A program made the translations under genes and the position numbers. Shown in pieces: positions 30,296-43,607 of a stretch of DNA of 64,000 bases. Position 1 is the stretch's first letter; the number at the start of each line of letters is the position of its first letter. This DNA comes from Octopus vulgaris (Eukaryota), in contig OX597826.1 of the NCBI GenBank assembly GCA_951406725.2, forward strand, positions 50,158,001-50,222,000. Direction: 5' to 3'. Under the pieces are notes generated by a model that was given only the letters and a program-made list of their open reading frames with translations, had not been told where the DNA came from and ran no database searches.

Positions 30296-30915
30296 AAATG
30301 CGCGTACACACAGTGGAATAAAAGAAAACGAAAGAGGGGGGGGACAGAGAGTGAGAGCGATGATAAAGCGAATACGGAAAGCAAGGTCTCTTTCAAACAT
30401 CTTACTTGGTGAAAAGCTATTTACGAAGAAAGCTCTCCTTTCTAATGCATAATTCTTTTTAAGCTATCCACATGGCTGTAGAATTTCAAATGGCACTTTG
30501 TGTTTTCAATAAATAAGTCACAGACAAAAACACAACCATTTCTACAACTTATTCCTAATATAGGTTTTTCCCGTTGTCGTCTTACTTAATCACTGCCCGC
30601 TTGAGTGATTTTTGCTGGAGAATCTACTGAAAGAAGAAATTGGTTTGGATCTTGATTCCGGTCTTAGAACACCACACCAACCGTAAAGAATCTCCCCTGT
30701 TAATTATATCATTCATAAAGAGTTCTCAATTGTGCCTGCTTTTTCTATCGGCATCACAGGAAAAACTTGGTCGTCGCCATCAAAAATTGTGTGAAACGAA
30801 TAAAAGAGAGCGGCAGGTCAAGAGCAGGTAATTTAGTCGAACCACTGTCATTAGCTAACGTGATTGGAAACATCTTCAAAAGTGATGCTTGAAAAATCGG
30901 TGTTTGATCCCAACT

Positions 30916-31019
<104 letters not shown>

Positions 31020-31888
31020 GAACCTCCCCATACACATTAGCGAAAAAGTCGCAGTTTTCAAAATACGGTGAGTTCTTTGCAGATTGATAACAATTTTATT
31101 GTTATCTTTAATAAAAATTGGTTGAGCACGCATAGTGTGGGCGCGCGTATGCGTGTGTGTGTGTGTGTGCGTGTGTGCGTGTGTGTATGTGTGTATGTGT
31201 GTGTGTATGTGTGTGTGTGTTTAATAAAGGCACAAGCATAGTTGTGTCGTTAAGAAGTTCGCTACATAGCCAAGCGGTTCCGGATTCAATCCCGCTGCGT
31301 GGTATTTAGTTGACTATTTTCTACTGTAGCTCCTGATCGACCAAGTGCCTGTGAGTAGATTCGATGCATAGAAACTGTACTGAAACCCGTCGTATATGTG
31401 CGTGTATGTAGCATGTATGTTTACGTATATGTCTGTGTGTATATAGTTTGATTTGAAAACCCCACTAGAATGGGAGAAAGCGCTAATGATCTAAGTGATA
31501 TGATATATATATAAAAAATGTAATATACAAATAAATATCTGTAAATATAAACCATCCGATCTTCTGAGTACCTCATTTCTTCTAATATATACGTATATAT
31601 ATGTGTATATATATATACGTACATATATGCGTATATTTTCTTGACATCATGCGTTTATGATAAACAAATTACACCGTCCATGCAAGTAGTAATGTTTGCT
31701 TGCATACCATCGCCAAACCACATCCAGACTGGAGGAAATGTTAACTGGGTTGGAAACGGGTGGAGGATGACGATAAGAAGAGCTTCTAACTGTAGAAAAT
31801 CTACCTCATCGAAATTCGTATCACTCATACAAGCATGGAAAAGCAGGCTTTAAACATCTTATTGTGTGTGTACGTATTTGTATACTTG

Positions 31889-32053
<165 letters not shown>

Positions 32054-32109
32054 TGATTGATTGATTGTGGGATTGATTGATTGTGTATATATATATATAT
32101 ATATATACA

Positions 32110-32691
32110 TATGTGGGCACAGGATGTCATGAAACGTGTACGACAAAAAATATGAAGTACGAGTACATGGAATACGAACTATTTTTTCAAACAACGAAAG
32201 ATACAAATGAAAAGGAAAACAAAACAAACAACATAAAGAACGACTCTTCATCAGTTGTTGGCTGTTTTTCTACTCTCGTATTTCGAGCATTTAACAACAA
32301 TATACGCTTTCGATAAAACATTTGCTCCCGCAAAGCAAATTAAATAAAATTTGGGATTTTGCAGAGGATCAAAATTGGTAACACAAACAGAACAGTGAAA
32401 ACAAACAAGAAGGGCTGCTAAGCCTAAACAAGGTTGTGGTGGCGAACGCGTAAATCAAGCTTTGACAGGAGACAGACAAGAACACGTCTTCCTTGTTCCA
32501 GTTACAACGGAGAGAAAGAAAGAAACACAAGATAGGAGAAGAAAGAAAGATGGCCGATGAAAGATCGTTCTTTATGTTTTTTTTCTTGTTTTCCGTTTGT
32601 GTCTTTCGTTGTTCGAAAATATAGTTCATATTCCATGTACTCGTACTTCGTAATTTTTTGTTGTACACGTTTCATGACATCCTATACCCAC

Positions 32692-32694
<3 letters not shown>
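32110..32694. mobile_element. ~585-bp fold-back element with ~140-bp imperfect inverted repeats, embedded in (TA)n
   Basis: Arms 32110-32252 and 32556-32694 are reverse complements; relatives at ~42752-42890, ~43608-44000 (inverted) and ~46230-46270. Confidence 0.8.
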
Positions 32695-32738
<44 letters not shown>

Positions 32739-32823
32739 TAATCCAAACGGGAAAACAGAAAAAACAACAACACGTGGAACAATTACAGTATTATTATTAT
32801 TAGGCGCTCAGGAAAATGGAAGA

Positions 32824-32905
<82 letters not shown>

Positions 32906-33341
32906 GTATAGATGTAAGTATGCACATATACATATATATGTATGTATATAGCTTCATAGGAGCTTCGAATATGAAATGCAATTTATTTAGAAAAGAACTA
33001 TATTCGTGTGAAGCTATAAGGTATTATTCAGGCACTCAACTCTAAATCCACTGCACCTTCTAGCAGAAATAGCAGTCGGCTAATGAAGTTCATAAGATAA
33101 TCATTAATTCTTGTGCCACCTCTCTTTCTTACTGTGAATACGTGCGCGCGCGACGGTCTTCTTTTAATTTACGTCAACCAAATCCACTCACAGGGCTTTG
33201 GTTGGACCGAGGCTTCAGCAGAAGATACCTGCCTAAGTGCCGCTTAGTGTGACTGAACCCGGATCCATGTGGTTGAGAAACAAGCTTCTTACCACCCACT
33301 CACGCCTATATATCAATATATCATATATTAAATATTATATG

Positions 33342-33586
33342 AGGCGGCGAGCTGGCAGAATCGTTAGCTCGCCGGGCGAAATGCGTAGCCGTATTTCGTC
33401 TGCCGTTACGTTCTGAGTTCAAATTCCGCCGAGGTCGACTTTGCCTTTCATCCTTTCAGGGTCGATTAAATAAGTACCAGTTATGCACTGGGGTCGATAT
33501 AATCGACTTAATTTGTTTGCCTGTCCTTGCTTGTCCCTTCTGTGTTTAGCCCCTTGTGGGTAGTAAAGAAATAGGTATTTCGTCTG
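33342..33586 (+). mobile_element. tRNA-derived SINE family B, full length (reference copy)
   Basis: GGCGGCGAGCTGGCAGAATCG (A box), internal hairpin CGAAATGC/GTATTTCG, GAGTTCAAATTC (B box), central GTCGACTTTGCCTTTCATCCTTTC.GGGTCGAT, tail AGCCCCTTGTGGGTAGTAAAGAAAT. Confidence 0.92.
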
Positions 33587-33652
33587 CGGCCGATGGAATC
33601 AGCCTCACTCCTCACCAAAATTTCAGGCCTTGTGCCTATAGTAGAAAGGAGA

Positions 33653-33687
<35 letters not shown>

Positions 33688-33910
33688 CCAGTGAAGGCTT
33701 GTGTACAGTTTCCGTCAAGCAAATTCACACACAAGGCACTGTTCGACTCGGAACTATTGCAGAAGACACTAAGTAAAGGCAACGCGCAATGAGAGCGAAC
33801 TCGAAACCATGTAGTTGCGCAAGTAACTTCTCAACCATACAGCAAGGTTTGTGCCAATATTTGTGTCTCTTCATGAGCACACGTAAACGTATATGTGTCT
33901 ATATATGCAT

Positions 33911-33960
<50 letters not shown>

Positions 33961-34224
33961 TGTGTTTTATATATATGTGTGTGTGTGTGTGTGAGTGTTT
34001 ATCTGTTCGCAAACAGAAGACAAGAAGGCGTTTAATAGTCGGATATTCAAAAGGCGACAATACAAGGCTGTAATGATAGCAAGGATTAGATTAAGACACT
34101 TGCTCAACGTCGATTTAATACTTCGAAAGTTCCCGCCCCGAATTCCAGTGGGGGTGGTATGTGTGTGTGTGTATCAATATATATACATAGTTCTTTCTCT
34201 CTCTCTTTGTACACACACACACAC

Positions 34225-34279
<55 letters not shown>

Positions 34280-34793
34280 CATGTGCATACGCATATATAT
34301 GTATACATGTATGTGTGTGCGTGCGTATGTATGTATATATATAATATAAGCACATACCTACAACGTTCACAAACGCACATGCACATGCACGCGCACGCAC
34401 ACACACACATACACACACACATATGTATGTATATATGTCCAACAAGGCTCCTGTTGGCACACACAGAAGTCGGGTTCAATGTCTCTTAGAAGCGAAGTCA
34501 TAAAACTTGCCGTTCTTTTCTTTGTCAGGGATCTTATTTAAAATACCAAAAAAAAAAGAACAAGTAGAATATAAAAACCAGAAAAAAGAACAATCTGCTC
34601 TACCTCGACCACCGTTTCCATCACCACCAACACCTCCACCACCGCCACCAACAACACTAATACCGGCCCCAACACCACCACCACGAATACTAGTACTAAC
34701 ACTGTCGCCATCACCACCGCCATACCAACAGCACAACCACTAACTAGCACCAACACTGCCACTACTAACACCTATACTACTATCACGACTACT

Positions 34794-35188
34794 AATACCT
34801 ATTTCTTTACTACCCACAAGGGGCTAAACACAGAGAGGACAAACAAGGACAGACAAACGGATTAAGTCGATTACATCGACCCCAGTGCGTAACTGGTACT
34901 TAATCTATCGACCCCGAAAGGATGAAAGGCAAAGTCGACCTCGGCGGAATTTGAACTCAGAACGTAGCGGCAGACGAAATACCTATTTCTTTATTACCCA
35001 CAAGGGGCTAAACACATAGAGGACAAACAAGGACAGACAAACGGATTAAGTCGATTATATCGACCCCAGTGCGTAACTGGTACTTAATTTATCGACCCCG
35101 AAAGGATGAAAGGCAAAGTCGACCTCGGCGGAGAAATACCGCTAGGCATTTTGCCCGGAGTGCTAACGTTTCTACCAGCTCGCCGCCT
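34794..35188 (-). mobile_element. SINE family B with internal tandem duplication, flanked by 60-bp direct repeats
   Basis: 184-bp unit repeated (starts 34794, 34978); flanks 34737-34796 and 35191-35250 differ at 2 positions. Confidence 0.88.
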
Positions 35189-36539
35189 TCCCACTAACTA
35201 GCACCAACACTGCCACCACTAACACCTATACTACTATCACAACTACTAATGCCAACGCCACCACTGCCACAAATTGAATGAAACTCTTGTGTAGAAGATC
35301 GTAAAATACAGTAAGACAGTTACATATCGCGTTTTCTTTCTCCACCTCAACGAATTCTATACCCCGTGGCCTAAGCCACCGGAAAAGGTTTCATTGTTTT
35401 AAGGGGTCTTGTTATTTTTCTGTTGGTATTAGATTTATTTTTTGGTAGGGTTCTTTGTTTCTTCTTGTAGCTCTTCATTCTTTCTCTCTCTCTTTCTTTC
35501 TCTTTCTTTCTCTCTCCCCTTCAAAACGAAAACAAAAAACTGATATATTGTTAGTTTCGCAGATGGACAAGGCAAGATAATGGACCCCGCTGTGACGTAC
35601 GGAATGGCTATAGTTCAAATAGTCAGGCTTGTCTTTGAGACTTTTTAGTTTCCTTGCTAAAGCTATATTTGTTCTTTCACTTCCTTCCCTCCACTCCATT
35701 CCCACCCGACCAAAAGAAATGAAAAATAAAAACAAAAGTTCTCTCTCCCCCTCTCTCTTTCCCTCTCTCCACCCTCATTTTGTTAGCACCAAAAGAACAG
35801 TGTATCATTTTTCTTTCTCGTTCTAAATCCATGTTGTTATTGTTGCTACTGCAATTGATGGTGATGATGATAATGGTGTTGGTGATGGTGTTGTTGTTGT
35901 TGTTGTTGTTGTTTGCCGCTAGGGGGCGAGTTCATAGACAATCATATATACTGTCATTTAGCATTAGTTTAAATTAGGCTGCAACAAGAACGAGACTTCT
36001 TAGGAATGTTCAACCATTAACATTTAAGAAAGATAGATGTGGACAGAAGAAAAGAAAAAAAGAAGAAAGAAAGAAAGACAGAAAGAGAGAAAGAAAAACA
36101 GTGATAAATCTTTGAATATCAAAAATTACTACTTCATCACCTAGCACCACTACCATCACCACCTTTACCACTAACGTTACCATTGCCATCATCATCATCA
36201 TCATCAACAACAACAATAACAACACCATTACCTTTGTCTTTCGTGCTTTCCATTTCTTCCTTCTACCGTTTCTCATTGACGTTGACATTCTCAAAGACAG
36301 CATTCAAGATAAAGATCATCAGAGCTAAACATATGAAAAGGAATTCTTTAAACAGTGTGTGTGTGTGTGTGTAATACACACATACATATATGTGAGTGCA
36401 TATTTGTGTGTGTGTGTATGTGTGTGAAATTTTCTATGGGTGTCTTTTGTAAGAAGAATATACAGTTAAGGGCAAGCTACAATACTGAGCCGAAAATAAT
36501 ATTTAATTATTAATTGCTTTTAAAAAAATGTTGACACAA

Positions 36540-37208
36540 GGGAGGGGATTAATCGATTACATCAACCCCAGTACTTGACTGGTATTTTGTTCTATCGACC
36601 TCGAAAGGATGAAACGCAAAGTTGACCTCGGCAACATTTGAACTCAGAAAGTCAAAAGCCGGAAGAAATGCAGCGTAACATTTTCTTCGGCGTGTTAACG
36701 ATTCTGCCAGTTTGAGGTCCCTTTTTTTAAAATTATTAATCGCAGTTATAAATGTATTATAAACGGTTCGCCAATCCGTTTAATAATGTTTTCAAATTTT
36801 GGTACAAGGCCAGCAATTTTAGAGGAAGGATTAAGTCGATTACATCGACCATCTGTATTATTTTATCGACCCCGAAAGGATAAAAACTAAAGTCGACCTC
36901 GCCGGAATTTGAACCCGGAACGTGAACACGGACGAAATATCGCCAAGCATTTTTGCTTGGCGTGCTTAACGATTCTTATTTCTTTATTGCCCAAAAGAGG
37001 CTAAACACAGAGGGAACAAACAAGGACAGACAAAGAGATTAAGTCGATTACATCGACCCCAGTGCGTAACTGGTACTTAATTTATCGACCCCGAAAGGAT
37101 GAAAGGCAAAGTCGACCTCGGCGGAATTTGAACACAGAACGTAGCGGCAGACGAAATACGGCTACGCATTTCGCCCGGCGTGCTAACGGTTCTGCCAGCT
37201 CGCCGCCT
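36540..37208 (-). mobile_element. Cluster of three SINE-B copies; the best conserved is at 36976-37208
   Basis: Repeated ATCGACC(C/T)CGAAAGGAT...AAAGT(C/T)GACCTCG cores. Confidence 0.85.
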
Positions 37209-37615
37209 TGCATCCGTTTAATATTAAACGAGAGAAGAAAATATATTTCTTGTTCGTTAGTAATAATAATTAAAATGTAATGTTGATTCATATTTATTTG
37301 TTATTTATGTTGTATTAAATAAAAAGAAAAAAAGTCATGATAAAGTTCCAATTACATAGTATTTTCGTCTCAACTGAAGCTCCTTGATGCAATATCGAAC
37401 TCGTGACGACAGGATTTCAAATCATAAAGTCGATGAGTGAATGAAAACGCCCACAGGATTCTATCCCTGCCTCTTTAAAATATAGCAGATGCTCCAATCA
37501 ATAGCTACCATTCACTGCGTGTTCGCTAAAGATGACGGTAGCCACCTCGTATAGTCTCTCGCTGATGCAACTGCTAAAGATATGCGTCGAACCAAGCACG
37601 CACACACACACACAC

Positions 37616-37666
<51 letters not shown>

Positions 37667-38384
37667 CTGCAATAGCTAAGGGAAAATAGCTTGAAGGGAG
37701 AATTTTTCCGTAAACACTTGAAATTACAAAATTTGATGCAAAGAAAAACTCTTTTAGCGTTAATGAGGCTTTTCCCCAGAAGTGACAAGAGAGAGACCTG
37801 TAGAAATTCCAATCAATAAAAAATTTTGAGATTCTCGAAAGTGCAATGTAAAATGCAACTATGATCCTTAATTTCAAGGCATCAATATATAAAATGTTTG
37901 CTGTATGCCTGAAACTAGAACATCTGATAGAATATTCTAGATGCCAGTGATCAGGTCATCTTAGCAGCGCTTGGGCAAATCACTACAATGGCCTGTATTG
38001 TATTTATTTATTGACAGCAAGCCACCACATACATAGATCAATTTTCCCCATCCTCAACCCCACTAGGTCTGTGAGGCCCCTGAGCAACCGCACAGTGTGC
38101 CCATGTCTTATGATGGTACTACCAGTGAAACCCCAAATAGCCAAGAATAGGACAAATTTCTAAAGCACTAAAATGTATATTGACTAATGTTTGCTACCGT
38201 AATGTTTTGGAGATTATTTAAAAATGAGGTATTTCGTCGCGCAAAAATTTTATGTGATGTGCAAAAACCAAAATGATTTTTGGTTTCAACGCCACTAAAA
38301 TTAGTGAAAATATCTGATATAAATCAGAAAAAACTATGTTGACCAGTGTTATATTCTACAATTGCGCAGAGAGCCTTTTCTTTT

Positions 38385-39187
38385 CTTCCTAGCATTTTTA
38401 CCCATGGACCCTTTGCTTCCTATATTGCTCGGATGGACCTTACTAGCCAGTCGGTGTTTTAAAAAAATCCTATATTTTTATAATTAAATATTGGGTTGTC
38501 CGGAAAGTACGTGCCGATTTTTAAAGGAAAGAAAAAGGTCAATAAATACTTGCCATTTACATTTTTAATCAACCAAATATGAACCATTTTGTTGCACAAT
38601 GCGTCTCTATCTTTCCTTTAATATGAAAATACCCTCTTCCCAGAATTGAGGTGGTTTCATGGCAAAGAATTCATCAAGGTATCTTTTTACGTCATCCAAG
38701 GAATTGACATTTTTACCATTAAGACTATTCTGCAGAGGCCTGAATAAGTGGAAATCCGAAGGAGCAATATCTGGTGAATATGGAGGGTGGGGTAACACAT
38801 CCCAGCCGAGCTGCAGCAATTTTTGCCTGGTTCCCAAAGCATCAAGTGCCGAAAATGAACTTTTTTATCTTCCATTTTAAAGGATTACAGAATTAACACA
38901 GGTTAAACCTTCTTCTACGAAAAGATAGCTAAAACCGTGCTCTAAATGGAGGTATAGTCAAATCCTATTTTATGGACTCAAGCATGTTCTAAAATAAGTC
39001 GAAAGGTAAGTTACTATAAATCGGCACGAACTTTCCGGACAACCCAATATCATTAGGAATTGTACCAAAAAAATTAAGATATTTTGTGTATTGTAAGAAG
39101 TAAAACCAATTTATTGCAGATAACTTTTAACAGCAAAATCTTGTATGGAGCCCCAAGGACCATATGGATCTCAGTTGATAACCACTG
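38385..39187. mobile_element. hAT-like MITE interrupted by the mariner; same family at ~51510-52265
   Basis: Ends GTTGATAACCACTG (CAGTGGTT.TCAAC-type terminus); CCATGGACCCTTT..TTCCTAT..CTAGCCA.TCG.TGTTT.AAAAAATCCTAT shared with 51528-51600. Confidence 0.55.
38491..39047 (-). mobile_element. Mariner transposon, internally deleted (557 bp)
   Basis: 30-bp TIRs TTGGGTTGTCCGGAAAGT(A/T)CGTGCCGATTT (1 mismatch); TA TSD at 38489-38490 and 39048-39049; transposase start MEDKKVHFRHLMLWE joined to the C-terminus LGWDVLPHPPYSPDIAPSDFHLF. Confidence 0.95.
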
Positions 39188-39212
39188 TTTTAAAGAGTTC
39201 TTTTTATTAAAC

Positions 39213-39400
39213 GTAAAAAAGATCTCTAAATACATAAAGATTACCAAATATTTCAGACCGTGGCATCTAAAACTAGAAGAAGCTTCGGCCCCGTTCCTTC
39301 AAATATCATCTTTGAATCGGCTCTAAAGTTGTCCGAGGATTCCTGGCTGCGTCAAAGGATTTCAGTTGCTATCATGAGACATAAATTCGGCAAGAGTCCT
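39213..39400 (+). mobile_element. CRE-like RLE non-LTR retrotransposon C-terminal relic
   Basis: KKISKY..TKYFRP(frameshift)VASKTRRSFGP...SWLRQRISVAIMR resembles the CRE-clade K..KY..F.P.A.ET.G..G...QR.S.AI.RGN motif. Confidence 0.6.
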
Positions 39401-39762
39401 TTCTTTTTCAGTTGCCGAAATAACAGATGAGGGAAATATAAAAAAAGAAAAAGTACAAGGAACATTATACTCCTTCTACTTTTACTTGTTTCAGTCATTA
39501 GACTGCGGCTATGCTAGGATTCTGCCTCGAAGGGTTTTAGTCGAAGAAATCGATCCCAGTACTACAAAGTGAGAGTCTTAACCACACGCCTGTGCCTGCG
39601 TCTATGACGAACATGCAGTAGATTCTTGGAGAGCACGATTGTGTTTTGCGTGGCTTTAGATGTTACAACAGTTCAAAATTACCAGCCGGACACCTGTCAC
39701 CCTTGTCTTTTTTTAATCATAATTAGAAATTAATAATTCTTTCCTCCTCACCATGAGTGTAA

Positions 39763-42751
39763 CATATATATATATATATGGGAAATTCTGTCTATGGGTG
39801 TGTTTGTTTGCGGAGTTGTTAGCTAACTTCTACATCGTTTTATCGATTTTGATGAAACTCGATATGTGAGTAGAACTCATGTCTGGAAACCTCATGACAT
39901 ACTCAGATTGGTGAAAAAATCGATAATAGGGTCCCTGGAAGGGATCTTTATATATAACTAATATACTTTATTTTAACAGCCAAGGGAAATAACCCGTTCA
40001 TTTTCCTATATTATTTGGTATATATCAAATTGAGTGTGCTTATTTCTTAGTATTTGAACTGTTAAAGTTATTTTCGCAATTTATCCAGTACAACCCTTAA
40101 ACAAGTAAATAGCATTTTCCTAAACAATAGATCCACTTATTTAGGTTAGTGACTTATTCACGAATATACCATGAATATGCCTTTCATGTCACTTCAGCCA
40201 ATTGACAAGCGCTGCATGAACTGTTCTGCTTTTAGACAAATGCACTGTCAACACAAAGGCCACACCCTGTTTACATATAGGAACAACTTAGAATCTCTCT
40301 GTACAGCTTGAAAATGGCCAGCGTGTATATTTCACAGACGACAATGCTCGAAACGTAGTTCTGAATCCATGAGAGACCACTTTGACAGCTTTCTTCAAAT
40401 TATGCCAATGTGATCTGTTTGCCCGAACACTGTCGTATATAGAGGTCCCCGTGAACTATACCTGGGAACACAACAGATGAAACAGACGCATTGAGGTCTG
40501 GGAAGGAGATGCTGTCTTCAGAAGTGGGACCATCGGGTGGGTGTACACTGTGCACCCTAATCAGCAGGAGTGCTTCTTTGTGCATCATCTGCTACATACT
40601 GTCAGAGGTCCTACATCATTTACAGACTTTCGAAGACACAATGGGAATTCTGCACGACCTATAGAGAAGCCTGCACCAAACATGGATAACTGGAGGACGA
40701 TACTCACTGGGACCAGACACTGGAGGAGGCAGCAGTCAGTACAGCACTAAGTCAACTGCGCCAGCTATTTTATATCAGGTTGATGACATGTGGCTTGCAT
40801 GAACCTCACAAGCTTTGGGCGATCCACAAAACCAGCATGGCAGAGGACATCTAGAAAGGATTCAAAGGCAAACCTCAACGGAAATTGCCACGTTCAGTAA
40901 CGCCATTTACAATGAAGTATTACTTGACCTGGACACCCGAGTGCAAGATATGGGAGGTCAAGGCAATTCCACATTTGATCTGCCTCAACCGGAGCAGACA
41001 GCAAACAATCTCGCAATTGAGTACCTGCGAGAAATCAGCTATGACATCGAGGAAATAGCTGATAAAGAACACAAACTGATGGAGGACCAACTGGGTGTTT
41101 ATAACACCATTATTTCGAGCATGAAAATGAAAGAGGAGGTCTTTTCTTTCTGGATGCTCCACTGCTAAGTGGTGGCCGCACAGCTCATTCCTGTCTCAAA
41201 CACCCTGCAACATCAGTCGTGAATGCAGGTTGATCATCTGGGATGAAGTGACAATGAGCCATAAGGTTCCTTTGAATCTCTTACATATCCCTTCAGGATC
41301 TGAGACACAACAACAGGCTCATGAGATGTGCTACAGTCTTGCTTGTAGGAGACTTTAGACAAACCCTTCCAGTGGTTCCAAAAGGGACAAGAGCTGATTA
41401 AAGTCGTCTTACCTATGGAGTCGTGTGCAAAAGCTAAAACTCACAACAAACATGAGAGTGCAGCTCAATGGTGATGATGCAGACAGAATCTTCTCAAAGC
41501 AACTGTTGGACGTCGGTAATGGCACTTCAGTTGGCGAGAAGTATGGCCTGTAAGCTCGCCTTTTGGATATATGGTATCTGATTTAAAGGAACTAATGAAC
41601 AAGGTGTTTCCTAACCTGAGGAACGAAGTTTGCATACCACAACTGGCTGAAAACCCGTTCCATTTTAGCTCCAAAGAATGTGGGAATTGATGATTTGAAC
41701 TTTAAATTTCTGGAACAGTTGCCAGGTGAGCGTCACATCTACAATTCCATTGCCGCTGTACTGAACATCGATGAAGCTTTGAATTATCCAGTTGAATTCT
41801 TGAATAGTCTAACACCACCAGACCTCCCACCTCACAACTTGCACCTCAAGATTGGGGCACCAGCTATGCTGATTCGGAACCTCGATCCACCAAAGTTTTG
41901 CAATGATGATGATGCCAACAATCTTGAAGACAACAATCTTGACTAGTAAAGCAAGCGGTGAGCCTGTAATCATTCCTAGAATTCCACTTATTCCCTTGGA
42001 GATGCTTTTCCAGTACAGGCGCCTGCAATTCCCGTTGAAACTGAGCTTTGCAATGAGCATTAACAAGGCCCAGGGGCAGTCCTTGAACGTGGTAGGTCCG
42101 AACCTTGCGTAACCAGTTTTCTCCCATGACCAACTTTATGTGGGATGCTCAAGAGTCGACAATCCTAATCATATGTTTATTTATGCTCCACAAGGAAAGA
42201 GTAAAAACGTTGTTTATCAAGAAGCTCTGCAAACTTTATAAGATTCACCAAATCATCAGGTATTTATTTTTTAACTATAAAATTTGTAAGTGTTGTAAAT
42301 GTATTGATAATCTACATGTTATTTTATTTTAAAATCTATATACAAATTTATTTGTACGTCTGCTGTAAAACTAAATGTCAGTCTGTTTCTACATTCATTG
42401 AAATCTATTTCAACACTAGCTCTCCTGAGGGAAATATTCTCTGGGAACGCACAAAAGGCCTTTTCGGATTTTTTTCCTTTGAATTGTTATTATCTCATAT
42501 CTGATTAGCCTATTATTACGTAACATGCGTCACGATTTTAATATTCATACCTTATTGGTATTTCCTCCTAAGTTATATATACTATGGCAACGCATTAAAG
42601 GCCTTTTCGGGTATTCTCTGTAAATGCACAAAAACCGTTTTAATGGCTACGTACTTCGTATTGTTGTTATTGGATTAGCGAAACAATTATGAGAACAGAT
42701 CCAAGGGATAGACCCCCGCTTCTCCGGAAATTACCAGGTACGTCGGCTAAG
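39763..42751 (+). mobile_element. Decayed Helitron (RepHel PIF1-type helicase pseudogene at ~40250-42240)
   Basis: LENGQRVYF, ETTLTAFFKL, YTVHPNQQECFF, VRGPTSF, FFLDAP, LIIWDEVTM, GDFRQTLPVV, LTTNMRV, YPVEFLNSL, LIRNLDPP, QFPLKLSFAMSINKAQGQS, QLYVGCSRV, KNVVYQE; degenerate 3' hairpin plus CTAA at 42724-42750; both ends approximate. Confidence 0.88.
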
Positions 42752-42967
42752 GGTCATTATTTATGTTGCTTGTCTTGTTTTCCGTTTGTGTCTTTCGTTG
42801 TTCGATAAAATAGTTCATATTCCATGTACTCGTACTTCGTATTTTTTGTTGTACGCGTTTCATGACGTCCTGTGCTCACATATCCATATGTGTGTGTGCG
42901 TGTGTGCGTGTGTGCGCGCGCGCGCGTATAGATGTAATTATGTACATATACATATGTATGTATGCAT

Positions 42968-43370
42968 ACTCTTTACTCTTTTACTCTTTTACTTGTTTCA
43001 GTCATTTGACTGCAGCCATGCTGGAGCACCGCCTTTAATCGAGCAACTCGACCCCGGGACTAATTTTTTTTGTAAGCCCAGTACTTATTCTATCGGTCTC
43101 TTTCGCCGAACCGCTAAGTAACGGGGACATAAACACACCAGCATCGGTTGTCAAGCAATGCTAGGGGGCAAACACAGACACACAAACACACACATACACA
43201 CACACATATATATACATATATACGACGGGCTTCTTTTCAGTTTCCGTCTACCAAATCCACTCACAAGGCTTTGGTCGGCCCGAGGCTATAGTAGAAGACA
43301 CTAGCCCAAGGTGCCGCGCAGTGGGACTGAACCCGGAACCATGTGGTTGGTAAACAAGCTACTTACCACA
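42968..43370 (-). mobile_element. SINE family A, near full length
   Basis: Consensus match. Confidence 0.9.
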
Positions 43371-43607
43371 TATATATATTATTTATATTATTATATGATT
43401 GAGCGCCACGCATCCTTTTCCAAGTAAGTTTTATATCTTAATAATTCTGATGCGCACTTTATACGATCTTTTCACCCCTTTCGTTTTTCTCTTTCGCTCG
43501 CTAATTCTTTTACCTCCTTTTCTCCCACTATTCTATCCTATTACTCTGTCACTCTCTCTCTCTCTCTCTCCCTCACTCCTCCCTTGCTCACGTAGCTCCC
43601 ACGTGAT

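Noticed and set aside
29629-30412. Overlapping 220-250-aa HTYI/MYVC ORFs
   Set aside because: A (TACA)n microsatellite is largely stop-free by construction.
34507-34743. Proline-rich ORF
   Set aside because: Derived from (CCA)n-like low complexity; no splice or homology support.
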